The position numbers and the translations under genes were made by a program. A DNA stretch of 64,000 bases from Bacteroidota bacterium (lineage in GTDB: Bacteria > Bacteroidota > Bacteroidia > UKL13-3), in assembly GCA_947453415.1 (NCBI GenBank), contig CANGGG010000007.1, forward strand, positions 866 to 64,865. The letters are read 5' to 3'. The notes beneath the pieces were generated by a model. It made no database searches. It saw only the letters and a list, made by a program, of their open reading frames with translations, and was not told the DNA's origin. Within the stretch, counting starts at the first letter, position 1; the number at the start of each line of letters is the position of its first letter. This document shows positions 1 to 8,387 of this stretch, piece by piece.

Positions 1-1
1 T

Positions 2-667
2 GGTTGGTTGCATAGCAAACACACTTTTAGCTTTGCAAATTATTATAATCCTGAACGAATGAACTTTGGTGTGCTTCGTGTTTTAAACGATGACACAGTA
101 GCTGCTGGAATGGGTTTTGGAAAGCATCCGCACGATAACATGGAAATTATTAGCATTCCTTTATCGGGCGATTTAGAACATAAAGACAGCATGAACAATG
201 TAACTGTAATTAAAAGTGGTGACATTCAAGTAATGAGTGCTGGAACCGGAATTCAGCACAGCGAATACAATAAAAACAAAGATGCGGAAGTAAAATTTTT
301 GCAAATTTGGGTATTCCCAAATAAAAATAATGTAACTCCTCGATACGATCAAATTACCTTAAACATGGCCGATAGGAAAAATAAATTACAACAAATATTA
401 TCGCCTAATCCAAACGATGCTGGGGTTTGGATTCACCAAAACGCTTGGTTCCATTTAGCTGATTTTGATAAAGGAATAAGTACCAATTATGAATTTAAAA
501 GTCAAGAAAATGGCTTGTATCTTTTTAATTTAAAAGGAAATTTAAAAGTCAATGATCAATCCATTTCTACCCGCGATGGCATTGGAATTTGGGACACAAA
601 TAATGTAGAAATTACCGCAGAATCTGATGCAGAATTTTTATTAATGGAAGTTCCAATGCAAGTTTAA
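2..667 (+). CDS. pirin family protein (5' end upstream of window)
   Basis: The frame is open from base 2 (GWLHSKHTFSFANYY...). Pirin-type cupin signature GFGKHPHDNMEIISIPLSGDLEHKDS. The TTG at 8 in the ORF track is probably internal. Confidence 0.85.
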   Translation, partial: GWLHSKHTFSFANYYNPERMNFGVLRVLNDDTVAAGMGFGKHPHDNMEIISIPLSGDLEHKDSMNNVTVIKSGDIQVMSAGTGIQHSEYNKNKDAEVKFLQIWVFPNKNNVTPRYDQITLNMADRKNKLQQILSPNPNDAGVWIHQNAWFHLADFDKGISTNYEFKSQENGLYLFNLKGNLKVNDQSISTRDGIGIWDTNNVEITAESDAEFLLMEVPMQV

Positions 668-692
668 AAAATTTTCAAAAAGTAAAATATTA

Positions 693-1298
693 TCACTTCC
701 CATAAGGAATTCTGCTCACTATACTTCTTCCCAATGTAATTTCATCGGCATATTCTAGTTCACCACCAATTGAAATTCCACGGCTAATGGTGCTGATTTG
801 AATGGGTAAATGAGCTAATTTTTTCGAAATGTAAAAAGTGGTTGTATCACCTTCTGGTGTTGCACTCAGTGCAATAATTAATTCTTTTATTTGTTCGGTT
901 TCCGCCCTAATTATTAATGAAGAAATATTCACATCGTCAGGTCCAACGCCATTTATTGGAGAAATTACTCCACCTAAAACGTGGTATAATCCGTTAAACT
1001 GCGAAGTATTTTCAATGGCCATTACATCGCGCAAATCTTCTACCACACAAACCAATTCAGGGTTACGTTTATGGCTTTGGCAAATGTTACACAAATCGCC
1101 ATCGCTCACATTATGGCAACGTTTGCAGTATTTTATTAAAGTTCTTACTTGTTCTAAAGCTTGTCCAAGGCGAATGGCATCTTGAGGTTCTTGCTTTAAA
1201 ATATGCAAAACCATGCGCAAAGCTGATTTTTTTCCTACACCTGGAAAGCGTGATAATTGGTTAACAGCCTCTTCAATTAAGGCAGATGGAAAGTTCAT
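693..1298 (-). CDS. recR: recombination protein RecR
   Basis: 201 aa. HhH motif RFPGVGKKSALR, C4 zinc finger CKRCHNVSDGDLCNIC, Toprim-like C-terminal half. Starts 1 nt after the thyA stop. Confidence 0.95.
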   Translation of the reverse strand: MNFPSALIEEAVNQLSRFPGVGKKSALRMVLHILKQEPQDAIRLGQALEQVRTLIKYCKRCHNVSDGDLCNICQSHKRNPELVCVVEDLRDVMAIENTSQFNGLYHVLGGVISPINGVGPDDVNISSLIIRAETEQIKELIIALSATPEGDTTTFYISKKLAHLPIQISTISRGISIGGELEYADEITLGRSIVSRIPYGK

Positions 1299-1299
1299 G

Positions 1300-2094
1300 T
1301 TAAACCGCTACTGCTCCTTTAATTCCTGCGTGTGGATTATAATTTTCCAATTCAAAATCTTCGTATTTAAAATCAAAAATAGACTTCACATCTTTGTTAA
1401 TTTTCATGGTTGGATAAGGCCTAACATCTCTGCTTAATTGCAAGGTTACTTGCTCAAAATGATTGCTATAAATATGTGCATCACCAAAAGTATGAATAAA
1501 ATCGCCTGGCTCTAAATTGCACACTTGTGCAACCATTAAAGTAAGTAATGCATAACTGGCAATATTAAATGGAACGCCCAAAAACATATCGGCACTGCGT
1601 TGGTATAACTGGCAACTAAGTTTTCCATTGGCCACATAAAACTGAAAAAAAGCATGGCAAGGCATCAAAGCCATTTTCTCTAAATCTGCTACGTTCCAAG
1701 CGCTCACAATAATTCTGCGGCTATCAGGATTTTTCTTTAAGGTTTCTATTACTTCACTTAATTGATCTATGTGTCCGCCATCAGCTTTAGGCCAATTGCG
1801 CCATTGATGCCCATAAACAGGTCCAAGATTTCCGTTTTCGTCAGCCCATTCGTCCCATATTTTTACACCATTATCGGTTAAGTATTTGGTGTTGGTTTCA
1901 CCTTTTATAAACCAAAGTAATTCGTGTATAATTGATTTCAAATGAACTTTTTTAGAAGTAATCAGTGGAAAACCTTTGCTTAAATCAAACCTAATTTGTG
2001 CGCCAAATATGCTGCGTGTTCCAGTTCCAGTTCTATCACTTTTTTCGGCACCTGTAGTAAATACATGTTTCAGTAATTCTTCGTATTGATTCAT
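1300..2094 (-). CDS. thyA: thymidylate synthase (ThyA type)
   Basis: 264 aa, full length. Signatures [25 protein letters not shown] (catalytic Cys) and [12 protein letters not shown]. Confidence 0.97.
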   Translation of the reverse strand: MNQYEELLKHVFTTGAEKSDRTGTGTRSIFGAQIRFDLSKGFPLITSKKVHLKSIIHELLWFIKGETNTKYLTDNGVKIWDEWADENGNLGPVYGHQWRNWPKADGGHIDQLSEVIETLKKNPDSRRIIVSAWNVADLEKMALMPCHAFFQFYVANGKLSCQLYQRSADMFLGVPFNIASYALLTLMVAQVCNLEPGDFIHTFGDAHIYSNHFEQVTLQLSRDVRPYPTMKINKDVKSIFDFKYEDFELENYNPHAGIKGAVAV

Positions 2095-2590
2095 TTTTGA
2101 AATATTATTTTACAAATAAAATGAAATATTTAGCCAAGACTATATAATTTTTTGAACCAAAAAGTAACAAATAAGTATTTTTGAACCTCATTGAAACAAA
2201 GCTTTTAAATTGTTAAAAAAAATCATTGTAATCTGTGGCTTAAAACAAACACGAGTAAACTAAACTTTTGAACCACATTGAAAAATAGAAAACATAGGTT
2301 TTGTATTGAATTTCCGGAGGAACGACATATTTATAGCAACGGGTTTTAACCCGTTGAAAAAAATGCCTCTTAATGTACGAAACCCCAAAATCTTTGTGAA
2401 AGCCTTTAGCTTTCACAGAGATTTTGGGGTTTCGTTGTTAGTCTTTTCATTTTACCCCTAGTTTCACTAGGGCCAATTCATATTAAACTCCGTTGGAGTT
2501 TCTCTTTTGATGTTTCTTCATTTAATACAAAGCTAACAAACTGATTTTTTTTAAATCTGCGAAATCTGTGTAGTCTGTAGCTAAAAGAAA

Positions 2591-3823
2591 CTAAGCAGCT
2601 TGAAAAGTTTTGTATTTCAAAGCTTCTATTTTGCTTTTGGCATAAGCCAAGTCAATTACAATTTTTCCTTTAACAGTCAAATCAGGAGCTTCATACATTA
2701 AGTCAAGCATAATTGCTTCGCAAATACTGCGTAAACCACGTGCGCCTAATTTAAATCCGAATGCTGTATCTACAATTAAATCTACCACTTCATCGGTAAA
2801 TTGTAATTCTATTTTTTCTAATTCAAACAAGTGTTTGTATTGCTTGGTCAAAGCATTTTTTGGCTCAGTCAAAATATTGCGCAAAGCTTCTTTATCCAAA
2901 GGATTTAAGTGGCAAAGCACAGGTAAACGACCAATTATTTCGGGAATTAAACCAAAACTTCTTAAATCGGCAGGACTAATGTATTGCAACATATTTTTGT
3001 CGTTTACAGCGCCAATTTCTTCTTCATTTTTAAAACCAATGGCTTGTGTTTGTAACCTTCTAGCTATATGTCTTTCTATTCCATCAAATGCACCACCACA
3101 AATAAATAAAATATTGCTAGTGTTTATTTGAATCATTTTTTGGTCAGGATGCTTGCGCCCACCTTGAGGTGGCACATTGGCAATAGTTCCTTCCAATATT
3201 TTTAAAAGTGCTTGTTGAACGCCTTCGCCACTAACATCGCGTGTAATGCTTGGGTTATCGCTTTTGCGGCTAATTTTATCTATTTCATCAATGTATACAA
3301 TTCCACGTTCGGCCATTTCTACATTATAATCGGCTGCTTGCAGCAATCGGCTTAAAATACTTTCTACATCTTCTCCTACATAACCAGCTTCAGTTATAAC
3401 GGTAGCATCTGCTATACAAAAAGGAACTTCCAATACTTTAGCCAAAGTTTTGGCCAATAAAGTTTTGCCCGTTCCAGTTTCACCAACCATCATCACATTG
3501 CTTTTTTCAATTTCTATGTCGTTCTTTTTACTTTTTACCAATAAGCGTTTAAAGTGATTATAAACTGCTACGCTCAATACTTTTTTGGCTTCATCTTGGC
3601 CAATTACATACTCGTCAAGGTGCGCTTTTATTTGAGCGGGTTTTAGTAAAACTAATTTGTTTAAAGGAGTTGAGGTTTTTACTTCTGTATCTTCACTAAT
3701 TATTCTATTAGCTTGCTTGGTACAATCTTCGCAGATGAGGGCATCGAGGCCAGCAATTAAAAATTGAACTTCATTTCTGCTACGTCCACAAAATGAACAT
3801 TTATCTTCGGTTTTTTTTGCCAT
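2591..3823 (-). CDS. clpX: ATP-dependent Clp protease ATP-binding subunit ClpX
   Basis: 410 aa. N-terminal zinc finger CSFCGR...CEDC, Walker A GETGTGKT, Walker [15 protein letters not shown] sensor motif. Confidence 0.97.
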   Translation of the reverse strand: MAKKTEDKCSFCGRSRNEVQFLIAGLDALICEDCTKQANRIISEDTEVKTSTPLNKLVLLKPAQIKAHLDEYVIGQDEAKKVLSVAVYNHFKRLLVKSKKNDIEIEKSNVMMVGETGTGKTLLAKTLAKVLEVPFCIADATVITEAGYVGEDVESILSRLLQAADYNVEMAERGIVYIDEIDKISRKSDNPSITRDVSGEGVQQALLKILEGTIANVPPQGGRKHPDQKMIQINTSNILFICGGAFDGIERHIARRLQTQAIGFKNEEEIGAVNDKNMLQYISPADLRSFGLIPEIIGRLPVLCHLNPLDKEALRNILTEPKNALTKQYKHLFELEKIELQFTDEVVDLIVDTAFGFKLGARGLRSICEAIMLDLMYEAPDLTVKGKIVIDLAYAKSKIEALKYKTFQAA

Positions 3824-4053
3824 TAAAATGATTGAACTATTATTTTAAAAAATAGCTTACGAATATAATACAACCTAAGGCGTTTTTTGTTTATTTTTTA
3901 CAAATGAATTTATAATATGCTTCATATAATATTGTTTCCCTTCTCATAAAATTTGTATTTACCTAAAAATTGAAATTACTCAGCTAATTTGTTTAGCTCA
4001 AAATAAGGGCTAATTTGCAACCCATTTTAAATTAAAAACTAAATAACAAAATT

Positions 4054-5166
4054 ATGATAATTGGAGTTCCAAAGGAAATTAAGAACAATGAAAACCGCGT
4101 AGGATTAACTCCTGCTGGTGTAATTGCTTTTGTAAAAGCAGGTCATCAAGTATTTGTGCAAGCAACTGCTGGTAATGGGAGTGGTTTTTCGGATGAAGAA
4201 TATGCTGGTGCTGGCGCAACTGTTTTAGCTACCATTGAAGAAGTATATGGTAAAGCCGAAATGATTGTTAAAGTAAAAGAACCCATTGAATCGGAATATA
4301 CTTTAATCAAAGAAGGTCAATTATTGTTTACTTATTTCCACTTTGCAAGTTATGAGCCATTAACTCACGCCATGATTGCACGTAAAGCTATTTGCTTAGC
4401 ATATGAAACAGTAGAGAAAAAAGACAGATCATTACCTTTATTAGTTCCTATGAGCGAAGTAGCAGGTAGAATGAGTATTCAAGAAGGTGCAAAATACTTA
4501 GAAAAACCAATGGGCGGACGTGGTATTTTATTAGGTGGCGTACCGGGTGTAAAACCAGCTCAAGTATTGGTTTTAGGTGGTGGAATAGTTGGAACACAAG
4601 CGGCTAAAATGGCTGCTGGTATGGCCGCTGACGTAACCATTATGGATATTTCAATTCCTCGTTTACGCGAGTTAGACGATATATTACCTGCAAATGTAAA
4701 AACGGTATTTAGCAATGAATATAATATTCGTGAAGCTATCAAAACATCTGATTTAATTATAGGTGCAGTGTTAATACCAGGAGCAAAAGCTCCTCATTTA
4801 ATTACCCGCGAAATGTTAAAAATGATGCGTCCGGGTACAGTTTTAGTAGATGTAGCGGTAGATCAAGGTGGATGTATTGAAACTTGTAAACCTACTACAC
4901 ACGAAAATCCTACTTATGAAATTGATGGAATTATTCATTATTGCGTAGCAAACATGCCTGGTGCTGTTCCTTATACTTCTACTTTGGCTTTGACAAACGC
5001 TACTTTACCGTATGCTTTGCAATTAGCAAACAAAGGTTGGAAAAAAGCTTGTGCTGATAACGAAGAATTACGTTTAGGTTTAAATGTAGTAGATGGAAAA
5101 GTAGTTTACAAAGGTGTTTCAGATGCATTTGGTTTACCTTACCACGAAGTAAGTTCTGTACTTTAG
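4054..5166 (+). CDS. ald: alanine dehydrogenase
   Basis: 370 aa, AlaDH/PNT family. N-terminus MIIGVPKEIKNNENRVGLTP, Rossmann VLVLGGGIVGTQAA, VDVAVDQGGC. Confidence 0.93.
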   Translation: MIIGVPKEIKNNENRVGLTPAGVIAFVKAGHQVFVQATAGNGSGFSDEEYAGAGATVLATIEEVYGKAEMIVKVKEPIESEYTLIKEGQLLFTYFHFASYEPLTHAMIARKAICLAYETVEKKDRSLPLLVPMSEVAGRMSIQEGAKYLEKPMGGRGILLGGVPGVKPAQVLVLGGGIVGTQAAKMAAGMAADVTIMDISIPRLRELDDILPANVKTVFSNEYNIREAIKTSDLIIGAVLIPGAKAPHLITREMLKMMRPGTVLVDVAVDQGGCIETCKPTTHENPTYEIDGIIHYCVANMPGAVPYTSTLALTNATLPYALQLANKGWKKACADNEELRLGLNVVDGKVVYKGVSDAFGLPYHEVSSVL

Positions 5167-5195
5167 TTGCCGGTTGTCGGTTGATAGAAAATATA

Positions 5196-5228
5196 AAAAG
5201 CTATTCCAATTTGGGGTAGCTTTTTTTT
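5196..5228 (+). terminator. rho-independent terminator of ald
   Basis: 9-bp stem gctattcca/tggggtagc (two G-U pairs), 3-nt loop, followed by T8 (5221-5228). Confidence 0.75.
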
Positions 5229-5245
5229 GTTTATATAATTTTTAG

Positions 5246-5307
5246 AGACGTTTAATTAAACGTCTTTACGGTTTGCAGGTTTAGAGACGCGATTAATCGC
5301 GTCTCTA
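5246..5307. repeat. twin perfect palindromes sharing the head gtttagagacg
   Basis: agacgtttaattaaacgtct (5246-5265, 20 nt) and tagagacgcgattaatcgcgtctcta (5282-5307, 26 nt). They lie between the convergent ald and tig terminators. Confidence 0.9.
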
Positions 5308-5316
5308 CTATTCCAT

Positions 5317-5341
5317 AAAAAAAGCCGCTCTTTCGAGCAGC
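5317..5341 (-). terminator. rho-independent terminator of tig
   Basis: Minus strand reads gctgctc-gaaa-gagcggc followed by T7, 25 nt after the tig stop. Confidence 0.8.
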
Positions 5342-5365
5342 TTTTGTTGATTATTATTTTATAGA

Positions 5366-6757
5366 TTAATGTTCGTGATTAGCATGGTGAGCATGATTAT
5401 GCTCTTCTACTATTTTCATGAATTCTTCCTTACTAACTTCTTTTTCTTCAATGGTAATCATGCTTTTTACTGCTGCATTTACCTTCATTTTTACAGCCGA
5501 ATTAATCATTTTACTTCTGTAATCTTCTTTCTTTAAACTTGGCTCTATTAATTGGTTAATTAAGTCTTCGTTTAGGCCACTCATTGAATAACCACCAAAC
5601 ATTTGCTTGGTATATTCAACAGCTGCAGCTCTAATATCGGCTTCTTCAATTTTAATTTCATTGGCAGTCATTATTTTTTCTTCTACCAAATGATTCTTCA
5701 AATAATTAGCTTCAGGTAAATAAGCAGTTTCTATGTTTTCATTAGTAAACTTATCTGCATACCTGTCCATTAACCAACGTTTTAAAAATTCGTCTGGTAA
5801 TGTTACGTTGTGCTTAGCTACTAAGGTATCCATCATGTTATGTTCTAACAAGTGGTCGGCTTGGCCTGTATAAAAACCTTTGATATCTTCACTAATTTTA
5901 GCTCTTAAATCAGCTTCATTAGTAATGTTTCCTGGTCCGTAAGCTGCATCAAATAACTCTTGGTCAATGGCACCTTCAGTATTGCGTTTAATATCTACTA
6001 CTTCAAAACTAAAGTTAGGATTTAAGTCGGCTACACCCACTTTAGCCACACCTAATGCATGACTCATTTCTTGCTCATCGTTATTGAATAAAGTAAAAAT
6101 ATTAACAGTAGATTTAGCGCCTTTGCTTATTCCTGTAAGCAATGCTTTTGCCTCAGCATTGGTTACTACCGATAATAACATAGGAACGTTATCGGCTTTT
6201 ACTCCACCTTCTAATTCAGTTTTATCGTCAGCAAGTTCTACTAAGTTTAAATAAACCATGTCGTTATCTTGCTCCGCAATGCTTACTTCTTCTAATTTAC
6301 CAAAACGCTTACGCATTCTTCCTATTTCTTCAGTAACCTCAGCATCATCTACACTCACAGTATAGCGAGTAAATACATCGCTTTTACCAATGTTTAAATC
6401 AAACTCAGGAGCAATTCCTAAATCAAATTTAAAATTATAATCAATGCCTTTTTCTATTTTTTCTACCAAAGTATCATGGTTTAAAACAGGCTCACCCAAT
6501 AAATTTACTTTATTATCGGTAATATAATTATGTAAAGCGTTAGATGCTAAAGCATTTATTTCTTCTAATAAAATATTGTTTCCAACTTGTTTTTCAATCA
6601 TTCCCATAGGCGCAGTTCCTGGTCTGAATCCGGGTATGTTTACTTTTTTTCTGTAGTCTTTTAATTTTTTGTCATAATTAGGCATGTAATCAGCGCTGCC
6701 TATTTGTATGGAAATGGTGCCATTTAAAGCATCTTTTTTATCAAATGTTACGTTCAT
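5366..6757 (-). CDS. tig: trigger factor
   Basis: 463 aa. N-terminal ribosome-binding region with GFRPGTAPMGMIEKQ. Ends in a His-rich tail EEHNHAHHANHEH. Confidence 0.92.
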   Translation of the reverse strand: MNVTFDKKDALNGTISIQIGSADYMPNYDKKLKDYRKKVNIPGFRPGTAPMGMIEKQVGNNILLEEINALASNALHNYITDNKVNLLGEPVLNHDTLVEKIEKGIDYNFKFDLGIAPEFDLNIGKSDVFTRYTVSVDDAEVTEEIGRMRKRFGKLEEVSIAEQDNDMVYLNLVELADDKTELEGGVKADNVPMLLSVVTNAEAKALLTGISKGAKSTVNIFTLFNNDEQEMSHALGVAKVGVADLNPNFSFEVVDIKRNTEGAIDQELFDAAYGPGNITNEADLRAKISEDIKGFYTGQADHLLEHNMMDTLVAKHNVTLPDEFLKRWLMDRYADKFTNENIETAYLPEANYLKNHLVEEKIMTANEIKIEEADIRAAAVEYTKQMFGGYSMSGLNEDLINQLIEPSLKKEDYRSKMINSAVKMKVNAAVKSMITIEEKEVSKEEFMKIVEEHNHAHHANHEH

Positions 6758-6792
6758 TGTATTTATTTTATTCTTTTTTATAATTCAATATT

Positions 6793-6828
6793 AAAAAAAA
6801 TAAGACTGAAATATTAGTTCCAGTCTTA
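6793..6828 (-). terminator. terminator downstream of tRNA-Leu
   Basis: 8-bp stem taagactg/cagtctta, followed on the minus strand by T8. Confidence 0.6.
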
Positions 6829-6845
6829 TTTCATTTTTCTTTCAG

Positions 6846-6927
6846 TGCGGATGAAGGGACTCGAACCCCCACGTCTCTCAACACCAGATCCTAAGTCTGG
6901 CGCGGCTACCAATTACGCCACATCCGC
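6846..6927 (-). tRNA. tRNA-Leu (anticodon TAG)
   Basis: Reverse complement folds as a cloverleaf: acceptor GCGGATG/CATCCGC, anticodon arm CCAGA-CTTAGGA-TCTGG, long variable arm, T-arm GGGGGTTCGAGTCCC. CCA is not encoded. Confidence 0.93.
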
Positions 6928-6938
6928 AAAAAGGACTG

Positions 6939-6946
6939 CAAATGTA
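6939..6946 (-). promoter_or_regulatory. putative Bacteroidota -7 box (TAnnTTTG) for tRNA-Leu
   Basis: TACATTTG on the minus strand, 11 nt upstream of the mature tRNA 5' end. A TTG (6966-6968) lies 19 nt further upstream at the -33 position. Confidence 0.6.
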
Positions 6947-7157
6947 AAACTTAACGTTACAAATACAACAGTTATTTTCTTATTTTTTGTCATATCGTTT
7001 TAGCTAAGCATTTGGCGCAGTTATATAATATTGAATTGCTTGCTTGTGGTTGAATTCTAAGACATAAGCATCCATTAGGTTTACTGTTCGATGAAAACAC
7101 CGTCTACAAGCAAAAATGAAATAAATATTGTAAAAAAAAGTTAGCAAATAAAAACGC

Positions 7158-7165
7158 TAATTTTG
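7158..7165 (+). promoter_or_regulatory. putative -7 box TAATTTTG
   Basis: Exact TAnnTTTG match only 4 nt upstream of ATG 7170. Confidence 0.4.
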
Positions 7166-7169
7166 CCCA

Positions 7170-7649
7170 ATGGAAAAATCAAATTTTGAACGCATGTTGG
7201 AATTGGCCGAAGAAGTGTTTGCAAGCAAAAACGATCCAAATCAATTGGATGTAAATGAAGAAGTGATGGAACAATTGCAGCGCATTCACCCCGAAAGCAT
7301 TTCAGAATTTGACAATGGCCATGGTCCCATTTGCTGGATTATCCAAATTCCTACCACCCGCCAACTCATGGAGCAATTTTTGGCCAATGAAATATCCGAA
7401 AAACAGCTCTTTGAATTAACACCTTTAAATGTTCCTTATCAGGCAGTTTATTTGTGTTCGGGCATGGTGCTAGAAGAATTCAGAAGAAAAGGTATTGCTA
7501 AAAAATTAGCCTTTGAAGCACTTTCAAAAATTAGAGAATCACATCCCATCGAATCACTTTTTGTATGGGCATTTACCCAAGATGGTGATATAGCTTCCGA
7601 ATCGCTGGCTAAAATCAGTGGTTTGCCTTTATTTAAAAAAGTGGGTTAG
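7170..7649 (+). CDS. GNAT-like acetyltransferase (tentative)
   Basis: 159 aa. The only family signal I can read is an acetyl-CoA motif-A-like RRKGIAKKL after a beta-strand-like YLCSGMVLEEF. Confidence 0.5.
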   Translation: MEKSNFERMLELAEEVFASKNDPNQLDVNEEVMEQLQRIHPESISEFDNGHGPICWIIQIPTTRQLMEQFLANEISEKQLFELTPLNVPYQAVYLCSGMVLEEFRRKGIAKKLAFEALSKIRESHPIESLFVWAFTQDGDIASESLAKISGLPLFKKVG

Positions 7650-7657
7650 TTTTTTTT

Positions 7658-7690
7658 AGCTGCTGGCAACTGGCCTCTGGCTTCTAGCTG
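7658..7690. repeat. intergenic word element, gctggcaactggc class
   Basis: agctgctggcaactggcctctggcttctagctg. It shares tgctggcaactggc with 32213-32226 and gcttctagctg with the reverse complement of 20675-20705. Confidence 0.8.
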
Positions 7691-7743
7691 TTACTTGTGG
7701 TTGGTCAAAAGACACAACCTTAGGCAAATTATTATTCATTCGT

Positions 7744-7791
7744 GAGATTGCTTTCCCGATTAGGCTGCACAGGCAGTGCCTCGCAATGACG
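7744..7791. repeat. degenerate gagattgc...ctcgcaatgacg word element
   Basis: Carries the same end words as the 33835-33897 palindrome (gagattgc, cctcgcaatgacg), but the arms are not complementary here. Confidence 0.5.
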
Positions 7792-7805
7792 TTTGATAGT
7801 ATTTT

Positions 7806-7936
7806 TCATACTTCATTTTTTATCCTTAATACTTTCCCACTTCTCATCTCCCAAATCTCAGTGCTCATTTCCCATTTCATCATTCATACTTCATACTTCA
7901 TACTTTCACACTTCTCATCTCTCAGAGCTCATTTTC
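7806..7936. repeat. low-complexity T/C-rich repeat block
   Basis: Heptamer tcatact in three tandem copies (7884-7904). A related acttctcatctc...gctcattt unit occurs twice (7838-7872, 7909-7936). The block abuts the dut stop. Confidence 0.85.
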
Positions 7937-8368
7937 TTACTTTCCAGTACTTCCATAACCGCCCGCGCCTCTATTTGTTTCGCTAAGTTCGGTGGTAATT
8001 TCCCAAATGGCAGTTTCGTGTTTAGCTATTACCATTTGTGCTATTCTTTCTCCCGATTTTATTTCAAAATCTTCGGTTCCAAAGTTTATAAGTAAAACTT
8101 TAACTTCTCCACGGTAATCGGCATCTATGGTTCCTGGGCTGTTTAAAACTGTAATGCCATGCTTAAATGCCAATCCGCTTCTAGGTCTAACCTGTGCTTC
8201 AAATCCAACTGGAATTTCCATGAATAATCCTGTAGGAATAATGGCCCTGGTATTGGCTTTTAAAATAATGGTTTCCGTTAAAAATGCACGTAAATCCATG
8301 CCTGCTGCATGTGCAGTTTCATAAGCAGGTAAATTGTTGTTGGAGGTATTAATTATTTTTATGTTCAT
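7937..8368 (-). CDS. dut: dUTP diphosphatase
   Basis: 144 aa from ATG 8368 ([11 protein letters not shown]...). Motifs [25 protein letters not shown]. The 32-codon extension in the ORF track overlaps the upstream gene and is rejected. Confidence 0.93.
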   Translation of the reverse strand: MNIKIINTSNNNLPAYETAHAAGMDLRAFLTETIILKANTRAIIPTGLFMEIPVGFEAQVRPRSGLAFKHGITVLNSPGTIDADYRGEVKVLLINFGTEDFEIKSGERIAQMVIAKHETAIWEITTELSETNRGAGGYGSTGK

Positions 8369-8387
8369 ATAATAAGTGTTTGAATAA

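Noticed and set aside
838-1185. Many 60-115-aa ORFs in the track lie antisense to or inside long well-supported genes. Examples are 838..1185, 1213..1437, 2835..3131, 4560..4742, 8127..8324, 13555..13761, 17485..17694, 18133..18597, 19837..20139, 23967..24281, 25380..25700, 28263..28532, 40669..40938, 46568..46852, 48970..49272 and 54452..54640.
   Set aside because: Each is fully embedded in a gene with strong family signatures on the other strand or frame. Their products are low-complexity or hydrophobic strings with no recognisable motifs. They have no promoter box or independent start context.
2095-2590. A structured housekeeping ncRNA gene (tmRNA, RNase P RNA, SRP RNA, 6S RNA) or a riboswitch in the large clpX-thyA spacer.
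   Set aside because: I could not find the conserved cores I know for these RNAs, such as the tRNA-like ends of tmRNA, the GAGGAAAGTCC-type P4 of RNase P, or the SRP domain IV GGAA motifs. The region decomposes into short repeated words and independent hairpins. An Rfam scan would be needed to exclude lineage-specific RNAs.
7786-8095. Two overlapping plus-strand ORFs (66 and 100 aa) between the GNAT-like gene and dut.
   Set aside because: They arise from the stop-poor T/C-rich repeat block and run antisense into the dut 3' end. Their translated sequences are repetitive (SHF, TSYF).
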